A stretch of 61,431 bases of DNA, filler included, from Squatina squatina (Eukaryota), in assembly GCA_031763465.1 (NCBI GenBank). It is 4 parts of 3 records of this genome, joined end to end, with 100 filler letters (N's around TTAATTAATTAA, not from the genome) between each part and the next. Parts side by side here need not be neighbours in the genome. Positions count along the whole stretch, not along the records: positions 42,954 to 61,431 come from JARFOE010000073.1; 3 more parts are not named here. One strand, 5' to 3'. A model generated the notes under the pieces. That model was not told the origin of the DNA and ran no database searches. It saw only the letters and a list, made by a program, of their open reading frames with translations. Made by a program: the position numbers and the translations under genes. Below are positions 49,521-61,431 of the stretch, piece by piece (within the stretch, counting starts at the first letter, position 1; each line of letters starts with the position of its first letter).

Positions 49521-51140
49521 GTAAGGAGTAAACATTTTTACGAAGTGTTTGGTACCAATATTTGTAAGATGNNNNNNNNNNNNNNNNNNNNNNNNNNNNN
49601 NNNNNNNNNNNNNNNNNNNNNNNNNNNNNNNNNNNNNNNNNNNNNNNNNNNNNNNNNNNNNNNNNNNNNNNNNNNNNNNNNNNNNNNNNNNNNNNNNNNN
49701 NNNNNNNNNNNNNNNNNNNNNNNNNNNNNNNNNNNNNNNNNNNNNNNNNNNNNNNNNNNNNNNNNNNNNNNNNNNNNNNNNNNNNNNNNNNNNNNNNNNN
49801 NNNNNNNNNNNNNNNNNNNNNNNNNNNNNNNNNNNNNNNNNNNNNNNNNNNNNNNNNNNNNNNNNNNNNNNNNNNNNNNNNNNNNNNNNNNNNNNNNNNN
49901 NNNNNNNNNNNNNNNNNNNNNNNNNNNNNNNNNNNNNNNNNNNNNNNNNNNNNNNNNNNNNNNNNNNNNNNNNNNNNNNNNNNNNNNNNNNNNNNNNNNN
50001 NNNNNNNNNNNNNNNNNNNNNGAAGAAAATTGTACTATAGTGATCACTTATAGTGGTTGTATAAAGAATGATTTAATACTTATTCAAATACTGCTTATCA
50101 CAATTTTTATTCACTGCAATATTAATTTGAATTGCTTCATACAACATCACGAAGTCTAAAAAATCTAAGTGTTGCCAAGTTTAATTTTCTTTGATTCATA
50201 AAAGCCTTAGAGATTGTTTAAAAATAAAAAATTACAGATCAGTAAATTATTACTCTATAACTAGATTAGAGTCCATATATTAATAACCATCTATAATAAA
50301 CAAAACCTTTTTAATTACAGGGGAAATTAATTATTTGATCATTTAAAGCTGGTAACAGTAATGACCCTTTATCTGCTTCGCTGCTATTGCTTTAATAAAT
50401 CTTACTTAATTTTTACTATTAAATGGATTTGTAGTCTTTTAACATTTTTAGTTTGACTGTCGATCGGTATTTTAAAATAAGATCTGCTTTCTATGTTGAA
50501 GTTGTAGTAATAGCATCAATATTTTAATGATGTTGAAACTTCAAGAGCCTCAAACTGTTTCTACAACATAATAAAGACTGAGCTTACATAATCCCATTAT
50601 TTGACTGCTTTTAAGGAATGCATGATCTGTGTATTCACTAAAACTCTGAATTTTTCTGAAACTTTTAATTTTGTTCGGTTCATAGGAAAATGTGCTTTTC
50701 AAATGCAATTAAGTCTTTGATGGAAGTATGGGACAATCGAGTCGGTTATTGCACTCCACTTTCTCCTTTAGGATCTTGATTTAGTTACTTCGAGAGAAGG
50801 ACTGATTATTTCACCTTTTTGATAGCTTTTATGGCTTCTGACTGGTGAATTTGGGCACCTTATTGAAAGCCTATACACGACATTTACTTCATGTGCTTTT
50901 TCTATCCAGTTGGCAGTTCTATAAAAACTCTTACATTTGTCAAATCCATGCTGGGTGCATTAATTAACCTGTGCATTTCTAAATGTTCACTAATTTTATC
51001 TCGAATTATGGATTCTAAATTTCTATTCTAACTGAAACGTCTAAATAACAAAGTGTATCAAATATCCTTGCCTTCAAGTTAATAGAAACAAATATGTAAG
51101 CTATTTTGATACCTGGATTAATTCAGTTCTTTTTTCACAG

Positions 51141-51381
51141 GATGCTCTTATTGACATAGTCAAGAAGTCTAAGATTCATTTTATCCACTGTTTGCTGCCA
51201 AAAACTGATGCCGTTACTGAAACTAAAGTGTCTCCAACTCCTTCTCTCAAGTCTGGAATTACAGAAGTTGATGCCCAGGCAGAAAACTTTGAAGCAGGTC
51301 TGATGCAGCTGGACCTACCACTGCTTCGAGCCCAGATCAGGGGCTGCAAACTTCTTGATGCCCTTAGAATATATAGACAAG
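51141..51381 (+). CDS. MYO18A: MYO18A motor exon
   Basis: DALIDIVKKSKIHFIHCLLP...AGLMQLDLPLLRAQIRGCKLLDALRIYRQ. Confidence 0.92.
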
Positions 51382-52429
51382 GTAGGTTCCGTTCAGTAAA
51401 ATTTCATGTTTATGTATTAGTTTTCACACAAAAATGACTTGATTGTACTTTCCTAATCATAGAAGTAAGCCATTAAANNNNNNNNNNNNNNNNNNNNNNN
51501 NNNNNNNNNNNNNNNNNNNNNNNNNNNNNNNNNNNNNNNNNNNNNNNNNNNNNNNNNNNNNNNNNNNNNNNNNNNNNGCAAGTGACTTTTTCACATGGAG
51601 GCATCAGAGTTGAAATGTTTCAACTGTAAGCACAGTTTAACTGTTTATGTTTAATAGTAATGGAAAATTATGTATTAGTTTAGTTGGAAATATGTGTTTG
51701 TGCACGGACTATTTAAAGTGATTATTTAGCAATACTATCACCATTCTTACTGAAACCAATTCTGATGTATTGGTTTTTACTGTTCAGTATTTTGAGTGTG
51801 TTGTGCAGAGGTGTAGGTAACACAATTAAGTGAAACCTCAAAAATGTAAATGTATAATGTAAATATTACTATGTACTCTATCCAAAGAATCAAATGGGAA
51901 TTATAAACTTGCTAAAGTTATAATTAATGACGAGGCTTTTAAAGTAGGAATAAAATGTTATAATTTCCTCTGAATATATTGTTGCCCTGTCAAAACTCAT
52001 TAAGTTAATTTCTGTTATCCAATTAAATGTTTTTGAGACTAAACGCAGTCAACATAGGTCAGTCGTCATATTATGGATGGTACTGATGAAGAGGTGGGGG
52101 TATAGATAATGGAACCCCATGAGAATTGGAGGCAGAATAATCTGTGCTCCATGCATCTCTCAAGTCAAACTGATGGAGGGATCCGCAGCCACACTTTTGG
52201 TCGAAGTTGTTGCATGGCTTGAGCAAAAAAAGACAAACACTCAAATAGCAAAGTATTTTCTGAAACCATATTGTTTATTCATGTGTCCTTACAGTAAAAT
52301 TCTGACCTGGAATTGACTTGTTTTAGAGAATATGTACAACATAAAAAGGGTAAATGTGGTAAAATAAAATTTAAATGTCATCTAATCTACACTTGATATT
52401 TACAATAAATGTTTCTTTTTCACTTTTAG

Positions 52430-52495
52430 GCAGTAGAAGAGCTTCTGGACTCACTGGATTTAGAGAAGAGCAGTTACCACATGGGCCTTAGTCGG
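52430..52495 (+). CDS. MYO18A: MYO18A converter-region exon
   Basis: AVEELLDSLDLEKSSYHMGLSR, 66 nt, AG/GT boundaries. Confidence 0.9.
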
Positions 52496-53038
52496 GTAAA
52501 TAATACAATTTTTAAAATAAGTCGTCTGAGCAGATAAGTTAGTAAGTTGTCCATAAGTGTTCCTATTACTTCTTTGCCTCACAAGAACAATGAACCAGCA
52601 GCATTTCTTAACTCCTGTCTTGCTAAATTAACACGGTCAAAACTTTATGGTTAGCAAAACAAGTGGTATAATTGGGTACTTTAAGAGTTGAAAAAATAGA
52701 AAAAACTGTAAATACACAGCAGGTCTGTCGGCTTCTAGAGAGAAGTTAACATTGTCTTTGAGTGATCCCACCTGACAGCTTAACATCCTTTTTTCTGTCT
52801 CTTCAGATGCTGACTGACTTGCTTTTTTTAAAAAAGATTTCCACCATTTGAAATTGTTCTTTTCACCATTTTGAGTTGATATATACTAAAATATCATTCA
52901 TCAAACATTAAAAGTTTGTAACTCTGTACTGCATTGACTTTGATTATAGCTGATACTGAATTTAGTTTTATTTTCTATTGAGTGCGTAGTATTGAATTGT
53001 TCTATCAGATAAATATTTGGGGGACCCAATTGGTGTGC

Positions 53039-53085
53039 TTTCACGCCCGGGTAGCGGCGATTAGCAGCGCTACCCGGGCGTGAAA
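53039..53085. repeat. Perfect 18-bp GC-rich inverted repeat (hairpin)
   Basis: TTTCACGCCCGGGTAGCG-11 nt-CGCTACCCGGGCGTGAAA. Confidence 0.9.
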
Positions 53086-53596
53086 TCAGCATAGAGTGGA
53101 AAAATGAGAAAATGTTGAATTGGGCCTGGCGGCGTATNNNNNNNNNNNNNNNNNNNNNNNNNNNNNNNNNNNNNNNNNNNNNNNNNNNNNNNNNNNNNNN
53201 NNNNNNNNNNNNNNNNNNNNNNNNNNNNNNNNNNNNNGACAAACCCCTCCCATCACATGTCTTTCTTGCTTATTACATTTTTGAAGGCCACTCGGTCTGG
53301 ACCTCATTATCTTGTTTGGCCTTGTCCCTTCAAGGCTTTCAAAGCCATGGGCCCCTTTTGTAGAATGTAGAATTCACTCCCGAATCTAATTCAGTGAAAC
53401 TGTCTCAAAGCCTAACGCAACCTTTTTCCCAGGAAAACGAAACTTAAAACCCAGCACGAGATTAACCCCTTGTCTCGATTAAAAGCATACAATCAGTTAA
53501 GCATAGTATTCTTTGTGTTACAATTTCATTTGCATAACCAAAAGTCTTTCAGGTATCCCTATTTTCTAACAATTATACTGCTGTAAAGTCATGTGA

Positions 53597-54085
53597 CTCA
53601 TAAAATCGTTACAGCATGGAAGGCCTTTCGGCCCGCTGAACTCGTGCCGGTTCTCTGCAAGAGCACCTTAGCTAGTCCCACTCCCCGCCCTTTCCCCGTA
53701 GCCCGATAAATGTTTTTCTTCCGGATACTTATCCAGCTCCCTTTTGAAAGCCATGATTGAGTCTGCCTCCACCACCCTTTCAGGCCGTGCATTCCAGATT
53801 GTAACCATTCACTGCATAACAAAGTTTTTTTCTTGTCGCCTTTGGTTCTTTTGCCAATCACCTTAAATCTGTATCCTCTGGTTCTCAATCCTTCTGCCAA
53901 TGGGAACAGTTTCTCTTCATCTGCTCTGTCCAGACCGCTCATGATTTTGAACAGCTCTATCAAATCTCCTCTCAATTTTCCCTGCTCTATGGAGAGCAAC
54001 CCCAGCTTCTCCACTCTGCCCACGTAACTGAAGTTCCTCATCCCTGGAATCATTCTCGTAAATCTGTTCTGCACTCTCTCCAATA
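53597..54085 (-). mobile_element. CR1 LINE 3' end
   Basis: ERVQNRFTRMIPGMRNFSY...RGDLIELFKIM. Confidence 0.92.
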
Positions 54086-54356
54086 TGTAAAGACTTAAGT
54101 AATTTGAGTCATCAGATTATACCAATCAGTATTGTTGTAGTTAGAGAGAGCTCAAAAGGGAGATTTTGAGTCCTGTATCTGTCCCTTTCATCAACACACT
54201 CTACTAAATGTAGTGCCCCTAATGTAAACCACTGAAATATATTGGAAGACAATAGATTTTCATAATATCTTTGCCGTATGCCCCAGATGTAACTAACAGC
54301 AAGTCAGAATTGTGTCTTTTGTTATCATAATGTTTTCTCTAACTTTCATGTTCCAG

Positions 54357-54480
54357 GTTTGACGGTGAGTTGTCACAGGCACAGGATGAAGCTCAAAGAG
54401 AGAAGATCCAGAAAGAGAAACTGAGCAGAGAAAGAGATGGTTTTATAGCAGAGATATTCAACCTTAAACAACAACTGGAT
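54357..54480 (+). CDS. MYO18A: MYO18A coiled-coil exon
   Basis: [27 protein letters not shown]...LKQQLD. Confidence 0.9.
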
Positions 54481-55268
54481 GTATGTACTACCATGATTAT
54501 AATAAAATACACCTTCAATAANNNNNNNNNNNNNNNNNNNNNNNNNNNNNNNNNNNNNNNNNNNNNNNNNNNNNNNNNNNNNNNNNNNNNNNNNNNNNNN
54601 NNNNNNNNNNNNNNNNNNNNNGTTTATCAAGTGGTGCTGGGAACGGATTAATACGCCCCCTCAACTGAAAACTGTAGGTAGTACAAAGGAATACAAGGAA
54701 GCAGTAGAAAACTTTCTTTTCATCTTGTAATGAGTCTCCTGTAACGTTTTATTTGGATTCTGATTTGCGTGGTGTTTCTTTCCTCCGCTTCCCTCCACCA
54801 TCATGCCGAAACAACCATACTTCATATAAAAGAAAAAGAAAGTCTTGCATTTATGTAGCGCCTTTCATAACCTCAGGACAGCCCAAAGTGCTTTACAGCT
54901 AATGAGTACATTTTTTTTTAAGTCAAGTACATACATTTTGAATTCAGTAAGTCCAAGTGGGTTTGCATCTGTAATCTCCCAGACAGAGTTCCTAATGTTT
55001 CCCATAAGGAACCCAAAATTACAGGGAAAATCAACCTGAACTACTCTCACTCATCTGAAGGTTTTTGAATGGCATGGTGTGTGATGAGGGGAAACAAGGG
55101 GGGAAATCTTCAAGAGAAGGAAGAGCCTTCAGAGTTATTAAGTGTGACTTTAAAAAGCTTAACACCAGTATATCTGACATTTTACAACACCGCAAATTGA
55201 TATAGCAAGGATGGTAGCATTGCACAAATGCCTCAAACATCATTTGTGTCTGCATTTCCCTTCTACAG

Positions 55269-55385
55269 CTGGAAGAGCAGCTGAGTCGTCTGCAACGTGA
55301 AAAAAATGAGCTACAGAGCCGCCTTGAGGAGGATCAAGAGGATATGAATGAGCTCATGAAGAAACACAAAGCCATAGTGGCCCAG
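55269..55385 (+). CDS. MYO18A: MYO18A coiled-coil exon
   Basis: [39 protein letters not shown]. Confidence 0.93.
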
Positions 55386-55966
55386 GTAGGTAGTGTCTCT
55401 GATTTGTCTGCCCAGGTCCCTTCCAAAGAAAAAAGCACATGGTACCCACTCCTATGACACAATTGGTGTCTAAATTTGCCATGAAAAGGAGCACAGTTGT
55501 AAATCTTTGTTGAAAGTTAAATGCGGTTAGCACATTAGTTAGCTAGTTTGCACGGCAGAATTTAAAGTGCTCTGAAATAAAGAATGCAGTGCACTTCAAT
55601 GGATTTAATTNNNNNNNNNNNNNNNNNNNNNNNNNNNNNNNNNNNNNNNNNNNNNNNNNNNNNNNNNNNNNNNNNNNNNNNNNNNNNNNNNNNNNNNNNN
55701 NNNNNNNNNNAGGAAAAGAGGTACCATCAAAGTAACTTTGGTGAGTTGCTGCAGTGCATCCTGTAGGTCATGTATACTGCAGCCACAGTGCATCGTTGGT
55801 GGCGGCGGCGGTGCTATTGAGTCCACTGGCAGGAGCACCGATTTTATTAATCGTTCTGTTGAGTCATAGAAATATATTTTATACTGCTGTTTTTCCCTCA
55901 GTTGCAGCATTAATTAATAGTTCGTTTACCTACTGATATTGTCCTTTTCTATGCAACTTTCTCCAG

Positions 55967-56104
55967 TTACAAGGACTGCAGAGTCAGCTAGAGTTCACAG
56001 AGCAATCCATGGTAGATAAATGCTTGGTGAGCAGGCAAGAAGCTAAGATTCGTGAACTTGAAACCAAACTGGAATTTGAGAAGACCCAGGTCAAACGCCT
56101 TGAG
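55967..56104 (+). CDS. MYO18A: MYO18A coiled-coil exon
   Basis: [46 protein letters not shown]. Confidence 0.93.
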
Positions 56105-56513
56105 GTATGCAGTTGCAATTTAAAATCTCACTCCATTTGTTTGCGTTCCATGCTATTGAAAAAAACAAACTTCTTCAGACAGCATTGCACCTTAATAAAT
56201 TCTGGTTGCAGAACTTAATTTCCAACTTTCATGTTAATCGGATACAAAAAAGAAAATCTCTCAGAAAATAATTTTTTTTAACTTAGACATCAAAATAAAA
56301 CTCAGTATTTTTTTTTTTAAACAGAGTAACACGTGATTTGGNNNNNNNNNNNNNNNNNNNNNNNNNNNNNNNNNNNNNNNNNNNNNNNNNNNNNNNNNNN
56401 NNNNNNNNNNNNNNNNNNNNNNNNNNNNNNNNNNNNNNNNNTGCACTCCATTTTGTAATACATTTACCTTGATTTTCATTTTCTTCTTTGTTTCCTGTCT
56501 GTCCGTTAACCAG

Positions 56514-57900
56514 ATTTTCTGTTAGTTTGGACCTGAAAGAGGGGAAGGAAGGGAAAGAATTAAAGGAAGGGAAAGAAGTAGAGGACAGTAGACCAGTTTC
56601 TGTAATGAGTTCTCTCAGCTATCGTAAACGAGGGAATATGAAAGATTCTCTCAGTGGTAAAAGCAATAATGACTCCCTTCTGTCAACACTTAGCAAAGAG
56701 CGGTCGGTGTCACCAGATAGGTCATTCCGAAGAGCAAAGAAGACTACCAGTGCAGACAATTTAAATGACAGCTTCTCTGTTACTTCTTGGAAAAAATCCC
56801 AAGGAGCTGATGACTTGGATGATAGGGGATCTGTTATTTCCCAGGCATATTCAGAGGCTACAAGTAGAGCAAGGAAAGGGTTAGACAGGAGATGGGCCTT
56901 GACCAGTCCTGACTTTGACAAAGCTTCTACTGTATCAGTTCCTATAAGTCGAGTTTCCACAAGGCGAGGCTTGGAAGCCGACGATGATGTCAAATCATCT
57001 GTGAGTTTTGCTATAACCAGCCCTCCATCTAGCTTGAGACGAAGCCTTTCACGACTTGATGACAATCATAGTGACTTATTCAGTCCAGTTAGCCCTTTGC
57101 TCAACCGTAGATCAGAATTAGGACTGCAAAGCCCTACACTTAGTAGTCGTACAGATTCAAGATTATCCTTTTCAAGGAGTAGATTGGGTGCGTTGGATGN
57201 NNNNNNNNNNNNNNNNNNNNNNNNNNNNNNNNNNNNNNNNNNNNNNNNNNNNNNNNNNNNNNNNNNNNNNNNNNNNNNNNNNNNNNNNNNNNNNNNNNNN
57301 NNNNNNNNNNNNNNNNNNNNNNNNNNNNNNNNNNNNNNNNNNNNNNNNNNNNNNNNNNNNNNNNNNNNNNNNNNNNNNNNNNNNNNNNNNNNNNNNNNNN
57401 NNNNNNNNNNNNNNNNNNNNNNNNNNNNNNNNNNNNNNNNNNNNNNNNNNNNNNNNNNNNNNNNNNNNNNNNNNNNNNNNNNNNNNNNNNNNNNNNNNNN
57501 NNNNNNNNNNNNNNNNNNNNNNNNNNNNNNNNNNNNNNNNNNNNNNNNNNNNNNNNNNNNNNNNNNNNNNNNNNNNNNNNNNNNNNNNNNNNNNNNNNNN
57601 NNNNNNNNNNNNNNNNNNNNNNNNNNNNNNNNNNNNNNNNNNNNNNNNNNNNNNNNNNNNNNNNNNNNNNNNNNNNNNNNNNNNNNNNNNNNNNNNNNNN
57701 NNTCCACAGTTTCGTATCGAAGTGTCAACAGTGTTAAACGAGGTACAAAAAAGAAAGAATCTAATTCAGGCGATGAAGGTAAAGAAAACAAAACCGATCA
57801 AAAATCTGGAAAGAAGACAAAGAAAAGCGACAAAAAGGGAATGAAGCAAGTTGACAGTGTGATGATGAAGTACTTATACAGACCAGAAAGTGACGAGTAA
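56514..57900 (+). CDS. MYO18A: Large Ser/Arg-rich alternative terminal exon of MYO18A (gamma-isoform type), interrupted by an N gap
   Basis: cag| acceptor after a pyrimidine tract; RPVSVMSSLSYRKR..KDS...SLLSTLS.ERSVSP and C-terminal MMKYLYRPESDE*, resembling the recalled Myo18A-gamma tail. Confidence 0.72.
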
Positions 57901-58089
57901 AGTAGGTTTATTTGAATCTTTGTGTGGAATGGAGCATAAAGATGCATGATTACTTTATAGTTCACTTCTCCTAACTGAAACTTACTAAAGTTGAAAAATA
58001 AGTTGGTTTATGCAGTAGGCAGTGTGTTCTGTAGCAATAATAATTTAGCGCAGAACAAAACTAGGTGGCACATTGGGTTAGATATGAGA

Positions 58090-58380
58090 CTGGATATAAA
58101 TCCAGCCCTGATTCATAGGATGAAAGCCTCTTTCTCCTGGTTGTGAAGGTCCTATGTCAAATGAGTTAGGACAATTTCGATCAGTTCCTAATGGGCATGG
58201 GTCCACAGCACCAAACTGTCCACAATTCAGCTCCAGTTAATAATCTCAATCAGAAAGGCTGCTGAATAGCTAGTGTGGGAAATTGAAAAAAATATCAAAC
58301 TGGTACAGTAGGGGATGCTCTTCTGAGGTTGGAACAGAATAGAGGAAGCGTTACTCTGCATCTGACTGCTGATATGGAAG
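58090..58380 (+). mobile_element. LF-SINE-like element
   Basis: AATCCAGCCC...CCTATGTCAAATGAGTT...CAGTTCCTAATGGGCATGGGTCCACAGCAC resembles the recalled LF-SINE consensus. Confidence 0.6.
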
Positions 58381-58402
58381 TGTTTAATGTTGATACTGGG
58401 TA

Positions 58403-58593
58403 GGGGCTCATTTTAACCAAACCTGCCAGGCAGTAAACCTGCCAGGCAGTTCAGGTTGGCCTCTCGTTTTCTACCCCACCTGATCTTCCTTTCCAGTGAC
58501 TTTAGTGGAGAGGAAACTCGAGTGGGGTCCAAAATGCCAGCTGGCCTTCTGTCGCCCATTTCCTGCCCAGCGAAAACATTTAAAATCAAGCCC
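58403..58593. mobile_element. MITE with ~14-bp imperfect TIRs
   Basis: GGGGCTCATTTTAA ... TTAAAATCAAGCCC. Confidence 0.6.
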
Positions 58594-58829
58594 GACATCT
58601 CTATTTCTAGAAAAATATTGATTGTGCATTGTTATTCTTCACTTGTATGAGAACACACAATGTGCATAGACAACAAAAAAATAGAGATCAGGGCCAGGAT
58701 TATTCTCTGGATTATTGCCTGTTTTCAATCTGCTAAAGAAACAGAACACTTCCAGTCATTTAGAACTTTTCACATCCTCAGGATGTCACAAATGCTTCAC
58801 AGCTAATGAATTACTTCAGCATCCTGAAG

Positions 58830-59452
58830 GGACCGCTCCAACCGCGACACCCTGGTCCACTACTCAATCACCCCCAGCAACCCCCTCCTCTTCCCATGGC
58901 ATCTTTCCGTGCAAGCGCAGGAGATGCATCACTTGCCCTTTCACCTCCTCCATTCCCACTATCGAGGACCCCAATCACTCCTTCCAGGTGAAACAGCTAT
59001 TTACTCTTTATTCCAGCATACAAAATAGTCAGTGTGTACACTACAATAGCTTTCATATCCACATCTGACTGTGTTCCCAATAAACATATCTGTGATCATT
59101 TCTTTTATTATAATTAGTCACTCAAGTCATTAACAACCATCATTTTAGCTTGAACCTATTCTGAAAGTTGCTGTTTTCTTGCAATTTATTATACTGTATT
59201 CGCGACTCACTATGTCATCTCCTCTACATTGGGGAGACCAAACGAAGATTGGGTGACCGCTTTGAGGAACACCTCCATTCAGTCTGTAAGTCTGACCTTG
59301 AGCCTCCGGTCACTTGACACTTTAATTTTCCGCTCCACTCCCATTCTGACCTCTTGGTCTTTGGCCTCTTGCACTGTTCCAATGAAGCTCAACGTAAGCT
59401 CGAGGAGCAGCACCTCATCTTTCGATTAGGCACTTTACAGCCTTCTGGACTT
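58830..59452 (+). mobile_element. Penelope-like element ORF remnant: Cys linker and GIY-YIG endonuclease
   Basis: GIFPCKRRRCITCPF...FQVKQ; NLLYCIR...LLYIGETKRRLGDRFEEHL; RKLEEQHLIFRLGTLQPSGL. Confidence 0.88.
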
Positions 59453-59736
59453 NNNNNNNNNNNNNNNNNNNNNNNNNNNNNNNNNNNNNNNNNNNNNNNN
59501 NNNNNNNNNNNNNNNNNNNNNNNNNNNNNNNNNNNNNNNNNNNNNNNNNNNNGCTTAGCAGCTCATCCAAAAGCCAGCACCTCTGACAGTGCAGTATTCC
59601 ATTGATGTCAGTCTGAATTATGTGCTCAAATGTTTGAAATGGAGCTTGAAACTACAACCTTCTGACTCAGTCCAGAGTGCTACCTCTAAGCCAAGGCTGA
59701 CTCCCTCCAGCAGTAGGAACCCTTGCCAAATTGTTT

Positions 59737-59836
59737 CTGCCCTAGCCCAATGGGCGCTGAGGTCAGTTGTAGCAATCCAAATACTGCCCTAGCCCAATGG
59801 GCGCTGAGGTCAGTTGTAGCAATCCAAATACTGCCC
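59737..59836. repeat. Perfect 47-bp tandem duplication inside a SINE
   Basis: CTGCCCTAGCCCAATGGGCGCTGAGGTCAGTTGTAGCAATCCAAATA twice, followed by CTGCCC. Confidence 0.92.
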
Positions 59837-61431
59837 CAGCTAAGATCAGCCAGCTTGGCACAGAGGATTGGACCTGGAATCTTAAAAGTTTATCCTTTCT
59901 GAAGATATTAAAATTCCTGCACTCAGTCCATTGCAGGCTATTGTTGTTTTTCATTGACAGGAATTCGGGCACAATCAGTCTTCTGGAACCTCGACACTTT
60001 ATTAGGATGAGGGAATGGATGCTGGAGGTAAGAAAAATGTAGCTATACGTAACCAAATAATAAAGTTGCAAAATGTAAAAACTAAAGATGACTTGTCAAA
60101 TCTGGCATACTTGGGTGAGTTCTTGTGGCAGGATTCCAGAAATGCTGTGTTCTGCTTAAGTGCACAATTTTCCTTCAAATTATCGCTGAATTTATGTGGC
60201 ATGGCGCAGTGTTTTTGCAACAACAGCGTGCTGAGTTACGGAACGGTAGGATCCAATTTACCCCAATACCACTGAGTTGCAAATCTCAGATCTGTTGTTG
60301 TGAGGAGACACTGAGAAAAGACCATGAGCCATCTGTTGGAGGGAGGGTAATTCAGAGGCAGCTCAATACCCAATTCTGTAAGATTTCTTTCCCTGTTGGC
60401 TGCAGACAGTTCATAGCCCAGGTATGTGGAGCTAAAACAAAAGCTTCTATGAATTAATGAGAGAAGTTATTTTTTTAAACTGCTTTTTGTTGAAGTTGAC
60501 ATTAAGTGGCCACTTTGTTGCAGTGAATTGACCTCTCTGATAGCAGTTGTAGTGTGTTCTTAAATTATAAATGCTGAAATACGCACATTTAGGCAATTTT
60601 GAACAAAAGATCACCATGTAGAATGGCTTTTAGCAACTTCTTCTCCAAGGTTCAACAATTTTATTCTGCAACACTTTTCATTATAGGTAGTTTACTTCAA
60701 AGCTGAACAGAAACAAAACAATATTGTTTGTTTGGACTATTATTCCAAATCTGTTGGGTTTCACTTTTTCTGATTGCTTTCTTGTCACTTATAGATGTTT
60801 TCTTCCACCTGAACCCCAAGCACTTCTATTTTTGTTTCAGTTCTATCCCAGCAAGTCATTTCCGTTTGAAAGCAGAAGCACTATGCTGTACACTCCAGCA
60901 CAACACTGCTGTAAAGTGTTTTTTTAATTTAATTTCTCCATAGAACTCCTGTAAGAATTGAATAAAACTTTAAACTGGCCTGATGTGTATCAGTTTTGTA
61001 GCAAGTTGTTCAGTTGAAAACTAATGGCGATAAAAACAAAAACACATCCTACAGTGACCATGTTCAATCTCGTAAACCCAATCACTGACTAAGCTCACCA
61101 CATTTCTGGATGACTGCAAGCAAATCGGTGAACATTTTAATCATTAGGATCTATGGGTACATTACAAAGCTGGTTCTATTTATAAGAAAAAAGTGATTTT
61201 TTTGCTCAGCAAGGTGAGGAATGCTGATAAGAAGGACATTTATGACTACCTCAGATTCCATATCCTAATGAACCCCTCTGGGGATGGGAGACTGGATAAG
61301 ATTCTCCTAATCACTCTTCATGATGATCTTAAATATATTTCCTCCAGTTTCTCACTAACTGGTAGTTTTTTCCTATTTACCTTATCAAAATCCTTAATAA
61401 TTTTGAACATCTCTATCAGGTTATCCTCTTA

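Noticed and set aside
8736-57900. Myosin cluster linking MYO5 and MYO18A, or an IFNG-ALG12-MYO18A system
   Set aside because: The genes are in different blocks separated by artificial spacers, so their adjacency is not biological.

Overview
Eukaryotic vertebrate DNA, almost certainly a cartilaginous fish (shark), judged from its SacSINE1/DeuSINE, CR1 (HER1-type), L2, Penelope and Harbinger repeats. It is a fragmentary draft assembly: short contigs joined by 100-N gaps, in four blocks separated by artificial N44-TTAATTAATTAA-N44 spacers. Block 1 (1-15810) holds an MDM1 exon, an interferon-gamma gene whose last exon the ORF track misses (TATA box, exon 1, exon 4 with the VQRKA..EL signature and KRRRKR tail, AU-rich 3'UTR), and one myosin V motor exon. 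Block 2 holds an LHFPL7/TMEM211-like exon and unidentified candidate exons. Block 3 holds three ALG12 exons and a decayed Harbinger transposase. Block 4 holds MYO18A exons, including a 12-nt microexon and the gamma-isoform-type Ser-rich terminal exon. The most interesting signals are a minor-spliceosome (U12-type) donor in ALG12 that begins with TT instead of GT/AT, an intact-core minimal hammerhead ribozyme in a Penelope terminal repeat, and the MDM1-IFNG linkage with a STAT/T-box/RUNX/IRF motif cluster. No CRISPR array or prokaryotic system is supported. Gene and repeat-family names come from recalled sequences, not from a database search.
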